Below, piece by piece: positions 19,817 through 30,290 of a stretch of 64,000 nucleotides of DNA; the first letter of the stretch is position 1, and every line of letters begins with the position of its first letter. Location: the IMG/VR virus record IMGVR_UViG_3300046167_000724. One strand, written 5' to 3'. The notes beneath the pieces are model-generated. The model did not search any database. It was not told where the DNA came from and saw only the letters and a list, made by a program, of their open reading frames with translations. Made by a program: the position numbers and the translations under genes. The DNA is from a virus (lineage: Duplodnaviria; Caudoviricetes).

Positions 19817-19846
19817 AAGAGTCCGGTTTTTCCGGGCTTTTTTTTT
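19817..19846 (+). terminator. Rho-independent terminator
   Basis: AGTCCGG/CCGGGCT stem plus long T tract. Confidence 0.85.
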
Positions 19847-19865
19847 GAAAATAATTGCCTAAAAG

Positions 19866-19897
19866 TTTTTTTATGTCGTTTATTTTGCCTATATTAC
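19866..19897 (+). promoter_or_regulatory. Class I (putative early, host-sigma) promoter TTTTTATGTC-N6-TTTGCCTATATTAC
   Basis: Repeated at 51818, 52216, 60061, 60686, 61505; the TATATTT part resembles the Bacteroidota -7 element TAnnTTTG. Confidence 0.7.
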
Positions 19898-19938
19898 ATA
19901 TGTAATCAGTCGTTGGTATACGACCTAACTTAAAAAAA

Positions 19939-20154
19939 ATGATAAGAGAAAAACAAACACAGCGTCAAACAGTTATCGATTTGACAGGACCCCAAGGAAA
20001 TGCATGGTTTCTTTTAGGAACCGCTAAAAACTTCGCGAAGCCACTAGGATTAGATGGAGATGCTATTTGTGAAGAAATGCGTGAGTCTGACTATGAAAAT
20101 TTAATAGAAGTATTTGATAAGTACTTTGGCGATTTTGTAATTTTAGAACGATAG
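19939..20154 (+). CDS. Hypothetical phage protein
   Basis: IDLTGPQGNAWFLLG..; lies downstream of a class I promoter. Confidence 0.7.
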   Translation: MIREKQTQRQTVIDLTGPQGNAWFLLGTAKNFAKPLGLDGDAICEEMRESDYENLIEVFDKYFGDFVILER

Positions 20155-20157
20155 GAT

Positions 20158-20391
20158 ATGGAACAGTCAATTTTAAGTAAGTTTGTTAAATTCGCATTTA
20201 ACTATCCGCCTCTATTCTGTTTAAAGATTTGGAGCGATAATCCACATATAGCAAATCATTTAAATGGTAAATTTAATGATTACTATGATGCTCATGGTTC
20301 AGTAGGTGCAATGACAGCGTTATACAATTCATTAGATGCTACAAACGCAAAAATCTTTGAAAATTACTTAATCAATAAATACAACGGGTAA
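20158..20391 (+). CDS. Hypothetical protein
   Basis: Tightly packed ORF. Confidence 0.65.
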   Translation: MEQSILSKFVKFAFNYPPLFCLKIWSDNPHIANHLNGKFNDYYDAHGSVGAMTALYNSLDATNAKIFENYLINKYNG

Positions 20392-20393
20392 TT

Positions 20394-20960
20394 ATGAGTC
20401 AATTTACATGGTGGCGTAGGTTTTATCCTACACAAAAATTAGATAAGGGCCAATTTTTTAAAGGTGGTTCTAAACTTTTACAGCGCATTGAATTTGGCGA
20501 ATTTGAGTTTGAACCGCTTTCGTCTGAAACCCTTCTTGAAGAAGAGCTTTACAGATTAAAATGTGAAGAGATTGATAAATTACAATCTTATCACAAAGAC
20601 ACACTTGAAGATATGAAAGTTGTTGAGCGCAAGAAAAAGAATAAAAGAGTTAATGTTATGCTTAAGCATCACTTAGAATGGGAGCACAACAGAATGCTAG
20701 ACCTTAGAAATAGTCTTGTAAAAGAATTTTTATTAGAAAAAGAGTTTGTTAATGACGTTATTGAAACGTTTGATGGAACCACCCGTGAATTATATTTTTA
20801 TCTTAAAGCTGTTAAAGAAGACCGCCCGATAAAAACAAGTGCTGAGGTTTTAATGATACCTCGATTACAACACGAACAGCCAAGGCACATCTTAAAACAC
20901 AAGCAACGTGTACACCAACAGACTTGGCAAAAAATAGTGCAAAATAAAGTTGTATATTAG
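20394..20960 (+). CDS. Hypothetical protein
   Basis: 188-aa open frame, tightly packed. Confidence 0.75.
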   Translation: MSQFTWWRRFYPTQKLDKGQFFKGGSKLLQRIEFGEFEFEPLSSETLLEEELYRLKCEEIDKLQSYHKDTLEDMKVVERKKKNKRVNVMLKHHLEWEHNRMLDLRNSLVKEFLLEKEFVNDVIETFDGTTRELYFYLKAVKEDRPIKTSAEVLMIPRLQHEQPRHILKHKQRVHQQTWQKIVQNKVVY

Positions 20961-20994
20961 CGACGCATTTATTACATATTGATATATAATCAAT

Positions 20995-21696
20995 ATGACA
21001 AAGAACGATATGTTTTCATGGTTAACTGAAGGTCCAGTTGATTATGAACTTAAGCAATATAAAATGTTGGCTATCTTATCTCGATTAAGAATTGATTTAA
21101 ATAATAAGCGTGTTTGGCCAGTTATTAAAGAGGTCGAAGCGCAGCTTGACTATTTGTATCGTTTAAAATACGAGATTGAAGTTAAAGACGAACAATTAAA
21201 AGTTGCTAAAGATATCGATTTTATAAACTTTGAAATAATATACGAAAAAGAAAGCTCTGAAAAAACTTTAGAAAATAGTATAATGGATACTATTGTTGAC
21301 GATGCTATTGTTGAATTTGGCGACGTTTACATGGATGCTAGAACAGTATGGCGTGAAATTGAAAGTCTTGTTTCTATAACTTGGATTCCAAAAAAACCAA
21401 GCCTATTAAATGATGGTTATATAATTATACCAGACGGTGATAAATTTAATGCATATTATTTCGAGAAGCCGACAAAAATGTCAAACTCATGGCGAACTAT
21501 TGATTTAAAATTCGAAAAATCTTTTAAAAATACAGAAGATGCAGTCATTAAATTTTGCGATATAATGCAAGACCCTAATGATTCAATGATGTTTTGTCGT
21601 GTATCTAATAGATTTGGAAATTTATCACATAAGGATACTGTATTACCAATTGTTAAATCTGTATTATTCAGTTCTTTAGTTAAAGACTTTGTATAA
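20995..21696 (+). CDS. Hypothetical protein
   Basis: 233-aa ORF preceded by GATATATA. Confidence 0.8.
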   Translation: MTKNDMFSWLTEGPVDYELKQYKMLAILSRLRIDLNNKRVWPVIKEVEAQLDYLYRLKYEIEVKDEQLKVAKDIDFINFEIIYEKESSEKTLENSIMDTIVDDAIVEFGDVYMDARTVWREIESLVSITWIPKKPSLLNDGYIIIPDGDKFNAYYFEKPTKMSNSWRTIDLKFEKSFKNTEDAVIKFCDIMQDPNDSMMFCRVSNRFGNLSHKDTVLPIVKSVLFSSLVKDFV

Positions 21697-21739
21697 AATA
21701 CAGATATATAAAACAAATATAAAATAATATACTAAAATT

Positions 21740-24604
21740 ATGCCTTACGTTTCTAAAGACGACATCATGGCTTTTATCCCTGAGGGGATAACTTTACAGC
21801 AAGGTGTAGCTACAACAATAGATATTCAGCTTTACAAAGACTATTTAAATAATAATTTAAATGCAGCAGAGGCGGATTCAATTGTAGTTACCTTATATAA
21901 CTCATTTGGACAAAAAACATATCAATACGCAAATCCAGTAGTTCCTGGTCAAACCGATAGACTTAATATTGGTGTACCGGCGTCTGCAACTCAAGGTACT
22001 ATCTCTTTTGATATTACAGCAACACAGGCCGCTAATTTAGCATCTGGTAGTATTTACGCTCAAGTAACAATTACATATTCAAATTATTATCCATCTGCAA
22101 AAACTTATGTTTTACCTAGGTTACTACTTGGTGATAATAATAATTCTACATTACCAGGTGGTGAAGGTTCAGATAATTCTGGCACATCAGGTTCAGGTAC
22201 TTCTGGCAACAGTCCAGTATCTTCGATGGATATGGTTAAATATGCAATTAGTCATGTAGATGGTTCACAGCCATCGATTAAATCAGTTTCCGTAAACAAT
22301 ACTGACCCCGCGTTAGTTACAGAAATTACATTTTATAATTTAGACCAAAATAATCATAGAAACGTTTTATTAGAAAACTTTTTAGAGAATAGAATAGCAA
22401 ATAGTGTTTTAGGTACTATCACGATAGTTGATAAAGACAATCCACTAAATTATTCTGTTTATAGTATTTCTAGCTATTCTAGGATTAATGCTGAATCTGG
22501 AGGTGGTGACGACAATGATAATGACTATACAAAAATTGTAGTTGCATATGAAGATAATTCATATTCACCAGTTGATTCACCGTATGCGTATGAAGTAGGT
22601 CAATCTATTGGATACATGTTAGATGCATTTGGCGGTGCTTCACAAACAGGTTCAACTCAAGGTGCTCAAGGTGCTAATGGCGTCGACGGTGCTCAAGGTG
22701 CTACAGGTGCTCAAGGTGCTAATGGTGTCGATGGCGCTCAAGGTGCTAATGGTGTCGACGGTGCTCAAGGTGCTCAAGGTGCTAACGGTGTCGACGGTGC
22801 TCAAGGTGCTAACGGTGTCGATGGTGCTCAAGGTGCTAATGGTGTCGATGGCGCTCAAGGCGCTAATGGCGTCGATGGCGCTCAAGGTGCTAACGGTGCT
22901 AACGGTGTCGACGGTGCTCAAGGTGCTAACGGTGTCGACGGTGCTCAAGGTGCTAACGGTGTCGATGGTGCTCAAGGTGCTAATGGTGTCGATGGTGCTC
23001 AAGGTGCTAATGGTGTCGATGGCGCTCAAGGTGCTAATGGCGTCGATGGTGCTCAAGGTGCTAACGGTGTCGACGGTGCTCAAGGTGCTAACGGTGTCGA
23101 TGGCGCTCAAGGTGCTAATGGCGTCGATGGTGCTCAAGGTGCTAACGGTGTCGACGGTGCTCAAGGTGCTAACGGTGTCGACGGTGCTCAAGGTGCTAAC
23201 GGTGTCGATGGTGCTCAAGGTGCTAATGGTGTCGATGGCGCTCAAGGTGCTCAAGGAGCCGAAGGTACTCCAGGTACTGGTATTACTTTCCAAGGCTCTG
23301 TTGCAAATGTAGCAGGTTTACCTACTACTGGAAATGACCAAGGAGACGCTTATTTAAATCAAGATAATGATTCTTTATGGATTTGGGATGGTACTCAATG
23401 GGTTGACGGTGGTTCAATTCAAGGTCCAGCCGGTCCAACCGGTTTACAAGGAGCTCAGGGTGCTGATGGTGCCGCAGCTTCTGCAGGTGCTCAAGGTTCT
23501 CAAGGTGCTGATGGCGCTCAAGGTGCTGATGGCGCTCAAGGTGCTGATGGTGCTCAAGGTGCTAATGGTGCTCAAGGCCCAATAGGTTTACAAGGAATTG
23601 AAGGTGCACAAGGCGCTACAGGTTCTCAAGGTGCTGATGGTGCTCAAGGTGCTAATGGTGCTCAAGGCCCAATAGGTTTACAAGGAATTGAAGGTGCTCA
23701 AGGTGCCGATGGTGCTCAAGGTGCTGATGGCGCTCAAGGTGCTAATGGTGCTCAAGGCCCAATAGGTTTACAAGGAATTGAAGGTGCACAAGGTGCTGCT
23801 GGTGTTAACGGAGCTCAAGGAGATGCTGGTGTAAATGGGGCACAAGGTGCTGCTGGTGTAAATGGAGCACAAGGTGCAAACGGAGAAACAGGCCCTGCAG
23901 GTCCACAAGGAGCACAAGGTGATGCTGGTGTTAATGGAGCGCAAGGTGCTATAGGTTTACAAGGACCTTCTGGTGCTGAAGGTGCACAAGGTGCTGCTGG
24001 TACTAATGGCGTCGAAGGTGCTCAAGGTGCTGCTGGTATTGGTGTTCCTTCAGGTGGTACATCAGGTCAAGTAATTACTAAAGTTGATGCTAATCCTTAT
24101 AATACTGTATGGGCTGACCCAACTGGAGCCTCTGGTGCAGGTTACACAAAATACTTATTAAGACTAAACTATAATTCATCAAACCTTTTAATTGGCGGTA
24201 CGTCATCACATTCGTTCCAGTCAAAAGCAGGTTATGAAACTACAGGCGCTGGAATAAACTCAGCAATTGCAGGTACTAATAGCCAACCGGGTAGCATATC
24301 TGTTGCATTTACTGAAAGCAATCCACCTATCTCTATTTTAGTTATGGCATGGGATCCTGCAACTAGTGAATATAAAGTGCACCACTATGATAAAGATGCG
24401 GCAAACATAGTTGTTAATACAGCGTCTGGTGATTTTACAGCAATAGGCAATGACCAGTACGAACCTAACTTCTTTAGCTCGTTTACAACAGGTATTACTT
24501 TAGATACTAGACAAGATTTCATGAAGTTTGGTAATTCAGCATCTGCTGGCGGTTTCCCACCGGCAATAAAAAATCCTCACGTTTACGTGATATTTGTATT
24601 CTAA
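21740..24604 (+). CDS. Collagen-like virion fibre protein 1 (GAQGANGVD repeats)
   Basis: Globular N-terminal domain, two Gly-X-Y tracts separated by a Trp-rich knob, globular C-terminal domain. Confidence 0.9.
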   Translation: MPYVSKDDIMAFIPEGITLQQGVATTIDIQLYKDYLNNNLNAAEADSIVVTLYNSFGQKTYQYANPVVPGQTDRLNIGVPASATQGTISFDITATQAANLASGSIYAQVTITYSNYYPSAKTYVLPRLLLGDNNNSTLPGGEGSDNSGTSGSGTSGNSPVSSMDMVKYAISHVDGSQPSIKSVSVNNTDPALVTEITFYNLDQNNHRNVLLENFLENRIANSVLGTITIVDKDNPLNYSVYSISSYSRINAESGGGDDNDNDYTKIVVAYEDNSYSPVDSPYAYEVGQSIGYMLDAFGGASQTGSTQGAQGANGVDGAQGATGAQGANGVDGAQGANGVDGAQGAQGANGVDGAQGANGVDGAQGANGVDGAQGANGVDGAQGANGANGVDGAQGANGVDGAQGANGVDGAQGANGVDGAQGANGVDGAQGANGVDGAQGANGVDGAQGANGVDGAQGANGVDGAQGANGVDGAQGANGVDGAQGANGVDGAQGANGVDGAQGAQGAEGTPGTGITFQGSVANVAGLPTTGNDQGDAYLNQDNDSLWIWDGTQWVDGGSIQGPAGPTGLQGAQGADGAAASAGAQGSQGADGAQGADGAQGADGAQGANGAQGPIGLQGIEGAQGATGSQGADGAQGANGAQGPIGLQGIEGAQGADGAQGADGAQGANGAQGPIGLQGIEGAQGAAGVNGAQGDAGVNGAQGAAGVNGAQGANGETGPAGPQGAQGDAGVNGAQGAIGLQGPSGAEGAQGAAGTNGVEGAQGAAGIGVPSGGTSGQVITKVDANPYNTVWADPTGASGAGYTKYLLRLNYNSSNLLIGGTSSHSFQSKAGYETTGAGINSAIAGTNSQPGSISVAFTESNPPISILVMAWDPATSEYKVHHYDKDAANIVVNTASGDFTAIGNDQYEPNFFSSFTTGITLDTRQDFMKFGNSASAGGFPPAIKNPHVYVIFVF
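22661..23236 (+). repeat. 27-bp coding tandem repeat (about 20 units, GAQGANGVD)
   Basis: ggtgctcaaggtgctaaYggYgtcgaY units differing almost only at synonymous sites. Confidence 0.95.
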
Positions 24605-24605
24605 T

Positions 24606-26558
24606 ATGGCTATATACGATCCAACAACTCCACCGATGTTCATATCTGGTAATGTTACCCAGGTAATAGGACTAGAACAATATGAGTATATTGATAATAC
24701 TCAAATTAATTTTACAGGTGCTTATCAAACATATACAATTACAGTAGACTCAGTAGAGTACCAAACAATCGGTACTGCTGAAACTAGATCTGGTGTATCT
24801 AAGCAATACAACGGTTTAGATATTAAAGCTGGTGATTGGATTACTACAACTAATGGTGAAATTGTACTTTGTATTACAGACGTTATAGAAAAAACATCAA
24901 CATCTGCTAAGTTTATTGCTAAGGATATAGACATGATTGTTTATAAGACTTATGCTAACTCTTATATTTCACAAGGTGATGACATTGCGTTCTTCCAGGT
25001 TTCTGATAACAGAGTACCTATGATTGCAGGCGGTGATATCGCATCATTCTTTAATAATGCACTTGCAATCGATAAGATTCAAGGTCGTTTTGCTGCAGAA
25101 GAAGAATCAGAAAGATATAGATTTGAATTTGATGCGCCTAATTTATTAATAGATAAAGGTGATATCGTAACAGTTGATAAATCAAACGGTAATATTGTAA
25201 AATATGGTTCTGAGAATGCATCTGAAATTCCATTAGGTGTAATTATCGAAAAGATAATGAATGATACTGTAATTTACGTAAAGCCGTTTAATACTATTGT
25301 AGATAACCATACAACTCCTGAGCTTTTAACAGGTACTGCAGGCGATATTTACTATGCACATCCATCTAACCCAGGTGCCATGGCAACTACTAAATACCCA
25401 GGAGCAATGCCTTTATTCTTACAGATTAGAGATGCAAAGCCAACGGTTATTACAGCGACTCAATCAGACTATTTACCAACAGCATCAGATACTGTAGTAA
25501 TTAATAACTCAACAGTATTCGATGGTAATATTCATTTAGTCCCTAATACAGTGGGTGATCTTGTAACTTTGATTAATAACTCAACATCAGTACATAAAGT
25601 TGTAGCATCGTATATTGCTGACTATGCAACAGTCTCATCTACGTCAACAGCTTCCACTGTTAATGTATCTACGATTGTAGTTTCGCAAGATTCTGGTAAC
25701 ACATATAACGCGGTTGTTGCAACTTTCTCAGACGGTACAAATTCAGTTGAAGTTACATTTGACGAAAATACTGGAGCTACATTAATCCCATTCCCAAGTG
25801 CTCCACAATACTTAACGTACAACGCTTCTTTAATTGCAACAATTCTTAATACTGAATTCCAAAATGCAGGAGTTAATTTAGTAGCATCATCATCTTTACC
25901 GGGTGATGGTCCTTCTCCAACAGTTTATGGAATCCTTACAATTACAGCAACTACACCAACTGCATCTATCAATATTACAGGAACTGATGCTGACGCTTTT
26001 GGTAGTACTTTTGTACAAGGTATGGGTATTGCTGCTTCAACACCTGCTCAATCATTTAGCTATTTAAAATTAACAAGAGCCGATGGTGGTGATATTCTTA
26101 TTACAGGTCAGGGTACTTATATAAATAAAAACGGTATTGCATCTTCATCTGCTGGAGAGGCTCCAATCTTATTAATGCTTGAAGGAGCTGATAAAGAGCA
26201 AGAAACTGGAGTTTCAGTAGGGGTTGATAAAAATCAAACAGTTATAGCAACTACAACCCACGACCATTTTGTTACGGGTATTGATATTGATTACACACCA
26301 TTTGCAGATTCAGAAGTTATTGTTAAGATTAATGGTGTTGAAGTTAATATTGGCGACGGTGTTACAACTGAAGATTGTTACTTTACAGACCCAACTGATG
26401 CAACATTTAACACTTTAGGTAATGTAATGGTTGCTAAACCAATGGCTGATGTTGCTGCGGGTGATGTTCTTATTTGGAATGTTTCGTATGCGGGTTATCA
26501 ATTAGACCCATCAGATGATATAGATATAGTATATGATGCATCTTCATATGATGTTTAA
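24606..26558 (+). CDS. Virion structural protein, beta-rich; C-terminal module paralogous to that of 33500-34264
   Basis: Thr/Val/Ser-rich; C-terminal YTPFADSEVIVKINGV..YF..AGDVLIWN..AGYQLDPSDDIDIVY. Confidence 0.75.
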   Translation: MAIYDPTTPPMFISGNVTQVIGLEQYEYIDNTQINFTGAYQTYTITVDSVEYQTIGTAETRSGVSKQYNGLDIKAGDWITTTNGEIVLCITDVIEKTSTSAKFIAKDIDMIVYKTYANSYISQGDDIAFFQVSDNRVPMIAGGDIASFFNNALAIDKIQGRFAAEEESERYRFEFDAPNLLIDKGDIVTVDKSNGNIVKYGSENASEIPLGVIIEKIMNDTVIYVKPFNTIVDNHTTPELLTGTAGDIYYAHPSNPGAMATTKYPGAMPLFLQIRDAKPTVITATQSDYLPTASDTVVINNSTVFDGNIHLVPNTVGDLVTLINNSTSVHKVVASYIADYATVSSTSTASTVNVSTIVVSQDSGNTYNAVVATFSDGTNSVEVTFDENTGATLIPFPSAPQYLTYNASLIATILNTEFQNAGVNLVASSSLPGDGPSPTVYGILTITATTPTASINITGTDADAFGSTFVQGMGIAASTPAQSFSYLKLTRADGGDILITGQGTYINKNGIASSSAGEAPILLMLEGADKEQETGVSVGVDKNQTVIATTTHDHFVTGIDIDYTPFADSEVIVKINGVEVNIGDGVTTEDCYFTDPTDATFNTLGNVMVAKPMADVAAGDVLIWNVSYAGYQLDPSDDIDIVYDASSYDV

Positions 26559-26620
26559 TGCTTAAAAAATAGGTTTTTTTAATTTTTTTAAAAAAATTGA
26601 ATTATACCAACATATTATAG

Positions 26621-26650
26621 AAAAAGAGGGCATAATACGCCCTCTTTTTT
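26621..26650 (+). terminator. Rho-independent terminator (possibly bidirectional)
   Basis: AAAAAGAGGGC/GCCCTCTTTTTT. Confidence 0.8.
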
Positions 26651-26715
26651 AATATATAATATACATAGATCAATAATGATATATGTCGAACAAATAAAAA
26701 TTTAATCCAAATAAT

Positions 26716-29004
26716 ATGGCACAAATTCGTTCAAAACAAATTGCAGACTTTTTAGCATCAGTAAACTGGTCTAATGTATCTGCAAATGATATCGCAAATG
26801 CTGCGGATATCAAAACTTATGTTGACGGTGAAATCTCTACGGAGCACGCACACCACTCAGCTGAAAAAGTAGAGCTTGACGCTTCTATCGACTCTTTAGA
26901 TTTAAAATCAGGTGCTGATTTAACATCTCTAGAAACTAGACTAGATTCTGAGCTTTCTGCTGAAATCTCAGCAACTAACGTTGATGTTTCTGCTCTAGAA
27001 ACAGCAATCGGTAATGAAGCAACTGCACGTGCAACTGCTGACACATCTCTAGAAACTAAAATAGGTGATGATATCGCTGCTCTTTCTACAGAAGTTGCTG
27101 CAACTAACGCTGATTTCGGTTCTATCGATGATAGAGTTTCTTCAGAAGAGTCTCTAGCTGTAGCTAACAACGGTTCTCAAGATACAAGAATGTCTGATAT
27201 CGAAGCTGACCTAACTGCTGAAATCAATGCAACTAACAGTGATGTTGATTCTATCGACGCTAAGCAAGGTTCTCAAGATACGAGAATGACTGGTATCGAA
27301 GGTGATCTAACTGCTGAAATCAATGCTACTGATTCTGAAGTTTTAACAATCAATGCATCTATCGATTCATTAGAACTTAAAGCTGGTACTGACCTAGCCG
27401 AAATCAACTCTTCTGTTGATTCACTAGAAGGTGTTGACGCTGGTCTAAGAACTGACGTTGATGCTGCACAAGCTTCAATCGACGCAATCTTAAACGGTTC
27501 AACTGTTGATCTAGATCAATTCGCTGAAGTAATTACTTACATCGATTCTCTAGATTTAGCTGATGATAACTTCTTAGCTAATGAAATCTCATCTATGAAC
27601 ATAAGAGATGCACGTCTTGAAGGTTCTGTTGATTCACTAGAAGCTGCTGACTCAACTGAAAAGTTAAGAGCTGAAACAGCTGAAGGTGTACTTCAAGGTA
27701 ACATCGACACTGAAGAAGCTGCAAGAATCGCTGGTGATCTTTCACTAACGACTAGAGTTTCTAATGAAGAAGTTGCAAGAGCTGCTGCTGACGGTGTACT
27801 TCAAGGTAACATCGACGGTGAAGAAGCTGCAAGAATCGCTGCTGACGGTGTACTTCAAGGTAACATCAACACTGAAGCTTCTGCAAGAGCTGAAGGTGAT
27901 CTTCACCTACAAAACTCTGTAGATTCTATCGAAACTCAACTTGGTAACGTTTCAGGCGACCTAGTAGGTTCTGTTGATTCTATCGAAGTTGCTCTAGAGG
28001 CTGAAATCTCTGCTACTAACTCTGACGTTGTAAGAATTGACGCTGCACTAGCTGCTGAAATCGCTGCAACTAACGGTGACTTCACTTCAGTTAACACTAG
28101 AATCTCTAACGAAGAGTCTCTAGCTGTGGCTAACAACGGTTCTCAAGATACTAGAATGACTGGTATCGAAGCTGACCTAGCTGCTGAAATCTCTGCAACT
28201 AACGGTGACTTCACTTCAGTTAACCTAAGAATCTCTCAAGAAGAGTCTCTAGCACTTGCTGAGTTCGTTTCTGCAGATGTAAGATTCGGTTCTGCTGATA
28301 CAAGATTCACAGGCATTGATACAGCACTAGCTGCTGAAATCGCTGCTACTGACGGCGAAGTAACTGCACTACAGGCTTCTGTTGATTCATTAGAGAATAA
28401 AGGTGTTGCTGACCTAGCTGAAATCAACTCTTCTGTTGATTCACTAGAAGGCGTTGACGCTGGTCTAAGAACTGATGTTGACAATGCACAAGCTTCAATC
28501 GACGCAATCTTAAACGGTTCAACTGTTGATCTAGATCAATTCGCTGAAGTAATTACTTACATCGATTCTCTAGATTTAGCTGATGATAACTTCTTAGCTA
28601 GCAAATTAACTTCTATGGACACAAGAGATGCAAATCTTGAAGGTTCTGTTGATTCACTAGAAGTTGCTCTAGGTAATGAAATCACTGCTACTAACTCAGA
28701 AGTTGTAAGACTAGACGGTAGAGTTGGTTCTGTAGATACAAGACTTGCTCTTGAAGAATCTGCAAGACTTGCTGGTGATACTTACCAAGAAGAAGCTGTA
28801 ACTGGTATGGTATTCCCTGCGAATACTCCAGCACAGATTGTAACTGTAGGTTTATTTGCATTCGGTGCAAACAACGATATGGAAGTTTACGTTAATGGTG
28901 TAAGAGTTGCGTTCACGCAAATCGATCCACTAACTGTTGAACTAAACTTAGTATATGCAATCGAAGCATCTGACATCGTAAGAGTTGTTGGTGTTCAAGG
29001 TTAA
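26716..29004 (+). CDS. Long coiled-coil fibre (fibritin/whisker-like) with internal repeats
   Basis: Acidic heptad-like repeats (SVDSLE, AEISATN, EEAARIAAD) and a small C-terminal beta domain. Confidence 0.8.
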   Translation: MAQIRSKQIADFLASVNWSNVSANDIANAADIKTYVDGEISTEHAHHSAEKVELDASIDSLDLKSGADLTSLETRLDSELSAEISATNVDVSALETAIGNEATARATADTSLETKIGDDIAALSTEVAATNADFGSIDDRVSSEESLAVANNGSQDTRMSDIEADLTAEINATNSDVDSIDAKQGSQDTRMTGIEGDLTAEINATDSEVLTINASIDSLELKAGTDLAEINSSVDSLEGVDAGLRTDVDAAQASIDAILNGSTVDLDQFAEVITYIDSLDLADDNFLANEISSMNIRDARLEGSVDSLEAADSTEKLRAETAEGVLQGNIDTEEAARIAGDLSLTTRVSNEEVARAAADGVLQGNIDGEEAARIAADGVLQGNINTEASARAEGDLHLQNSVDSIETQLGNVSGDLVGSVDSIEVALEAEISATNSDVVRIDAALAAEIAATNGDFTSVNTRISNEESLAVANNGSQDTRMTGIEADLAAEISATNGDFTSVNLRISQEESLALAEFVSADVRFGSADTRFTGIDTALAAEIAATDGEVTALQASVDSLENKGVADLAEINSSVDSLEGVDAGLRTDVDNAQASIDAILNGSTVDLDQFAEVITYIDSLDLADDNFLASKLTSMDTRDANLEGSVDSLEVALGNEITATNSEVVRLDGRVGSVDTRLALEESARLAGDTYQEEAVTGMVFPANTPAQIVTVGLFAFGANNDMEVYVNGVRVAFTQIDPLTVELNLVYAIEASDIVRVVGVQG
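27390..28600 (+). repeat. ~190-bp near-identical direct repeat at ~27390-27580 and ~28410-28600
   Basis: Both copies encode DLAEINSSVDSLEGVDAGLRTDVD.AQASIDAILNGSTVDLDQFAEVITYIDSLDLADDNFLA with near-identical DNA. Confidence 0.9.
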
Positions 29005-29032
29005 TATTAACTTAGTTAATTCATAACAATTT

Positions 29033-29060
29033 GAGGGCCCTTCGGGGCCCTCTTTTTTTT
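29033..29060 (+). terminator. Rho-independent terminator
   Basis: GAGGGCCC-TTCG-GGGCCCTC followed by a T run. Confidence 0.92.
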
Positions 29061-29099
29061 ACAAGAATATATAGATAAAGAAATTTACAGTACAACATA

Positions 29100-30290
29100 A
29101 TGAATATAGGAATAACAATAGGGCTTCAATCTGAAAACGAAAGTATGTGGATTAATGGTATTAAATTAAATGCCATACTTTTAGCAAATGCCCTTATGCA
29201 AATAGATGGACATAACGTTTATATTATAGACACATCAAATAAAGTAGAGGATTTAACTAAAGTACAATGGGACTATAAAAAGTTTCCAGTTAAAAGACTA
29301 TCAGATGTTTTTAAAACAACAGATATAATGATTACTTTAGGTACATCTTTTCCTGCAAGTATTATAGAAAAGTTTAAAGCACAAGACCCTAATAAAAGAG
29401 TTGTAAAATATATGTGCGGTAATTCATATGTTATCGAAATGGAACGTGCAATTTTTAAGACTGGCAATGATTTAGGTGAAGCACCTTGGGATCCAGGCGC
29501 TGATGAGATTTGGTATGTACCACAACAAGGTTATCAAAACGAACATTATTATAAAACTATATTTAGGACTGATAAAGTTTATCCAGTTCCCTTTGTATGG
29601 GACCCAATGTTTTTAATTCAAGAGCTTGCTAGATATAAAAAAGCAAATAGAAAGCTACCTATATACAACCCAAGTAGACCACAGGCTGAAAAGAGAATTT
29701 GTACATTTGAACCTAATATGAATGTTGTTAAATATGCAATGATTCCAATTCTAGCAGTAGAACAAATTTATAGAAGAGGTGTTGAGTTTAATAAAATGTA
29801 TATTGCTAGTGGTAAGAAGCTACTTAAGAACTCTTACTTTATGTCTCAGATTAAATACCTAGACGTTGTTAAAGATAATCCATCAGCACCTAAGTTACAA
29901 TTTACTTCAAGATATCCAGTTGCTCATTATTTAGCAGAGACTACTGATATTGTATTAGCACATCAATGGGAAAACCCATTAAACTACTCATACTTAGACG
30001 TTATGTTTATGGGATACCCATTAGTACATAATGCTGATATGATTAAAGATGCTGGTTACTACTACCCAGACTTTAATATTGAATCAGCAGCTGACCAACT
30101 TGAATACGCTCTAAAACACCATGATGAAAATAGAGAAGAGATGGCAGCTAAAAATAGAGAAGTTCTAAAAAGATATACAATTCAAAATAAAGGTATGATT
30201 GAACTGTATGATAAGATGATTGATAATTTATATGATGGCGAACATGAAATGTCATATGAATATGATTGGAAAACAAACCTGTATAAATAA
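29100..30290 (+). CDS. Putative GT-B glycosyltransferase (DUF2827-like)
   Basis: IGITI..SMWINGI, VPFVWDP, FEPNMNVVK, HQWENPLNYSY..GYPLVHN..GYYYPDF motifs recalled for DUF2827. Confidence 0.65.
   Translation: MNIGITIGLQSENESMWINGIKLNAILLANALMQIDGHNVYIIDTSNKVEDLTKVQWDYKKFPVKRLSDVFKTTDIMITLGTSFPASIIEKFKAQDPNKRVVKYMCGNSYVIEMERAIFKTGNDLGEAPWDPGADEIWYVPQQGYQNEHYYKTIFRTDKVYPVPFVWDPMFLIQELARYKKANRKLPIYNPSRPQAEKRICTFEPNMNVVKYAMIPILAVEQIYRRGVEFNKMYIASGKKLLKNSYFMSQIKYLDVVKDNPSAPKLQFTSRYPVAHYLAETTDIVLAHQWENPLNYSYLDVMFMGYPLVHNADMIKDAGYYYPDFNIESAADQLEYALKHHDENREEMAAKNREVLKRYTIQNKGMIELYDKMIDNLYDGEHEMSYEYDWKTNLYK

Noticed and set aside
22661-23236. Regular 27-bp repeats as a CRISPR array
   Set aside because: No unique spacers; repeats are contiguous, in frame and coding; no cas genes
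22623-23585. LKVL and STLS repeat ORFs in other frames; likewise at 37975-43341
   Set aside because: Shadow frames of ggtgctcaa collagen codons (one, 42630-43382, is the true frameshifted continuation of fibre 3)
26581-26598. 18-bp palindrome AATTTTTTTAAAAAAATT
   Set aside because: Low-complexity A/T; expected by chance in this genome
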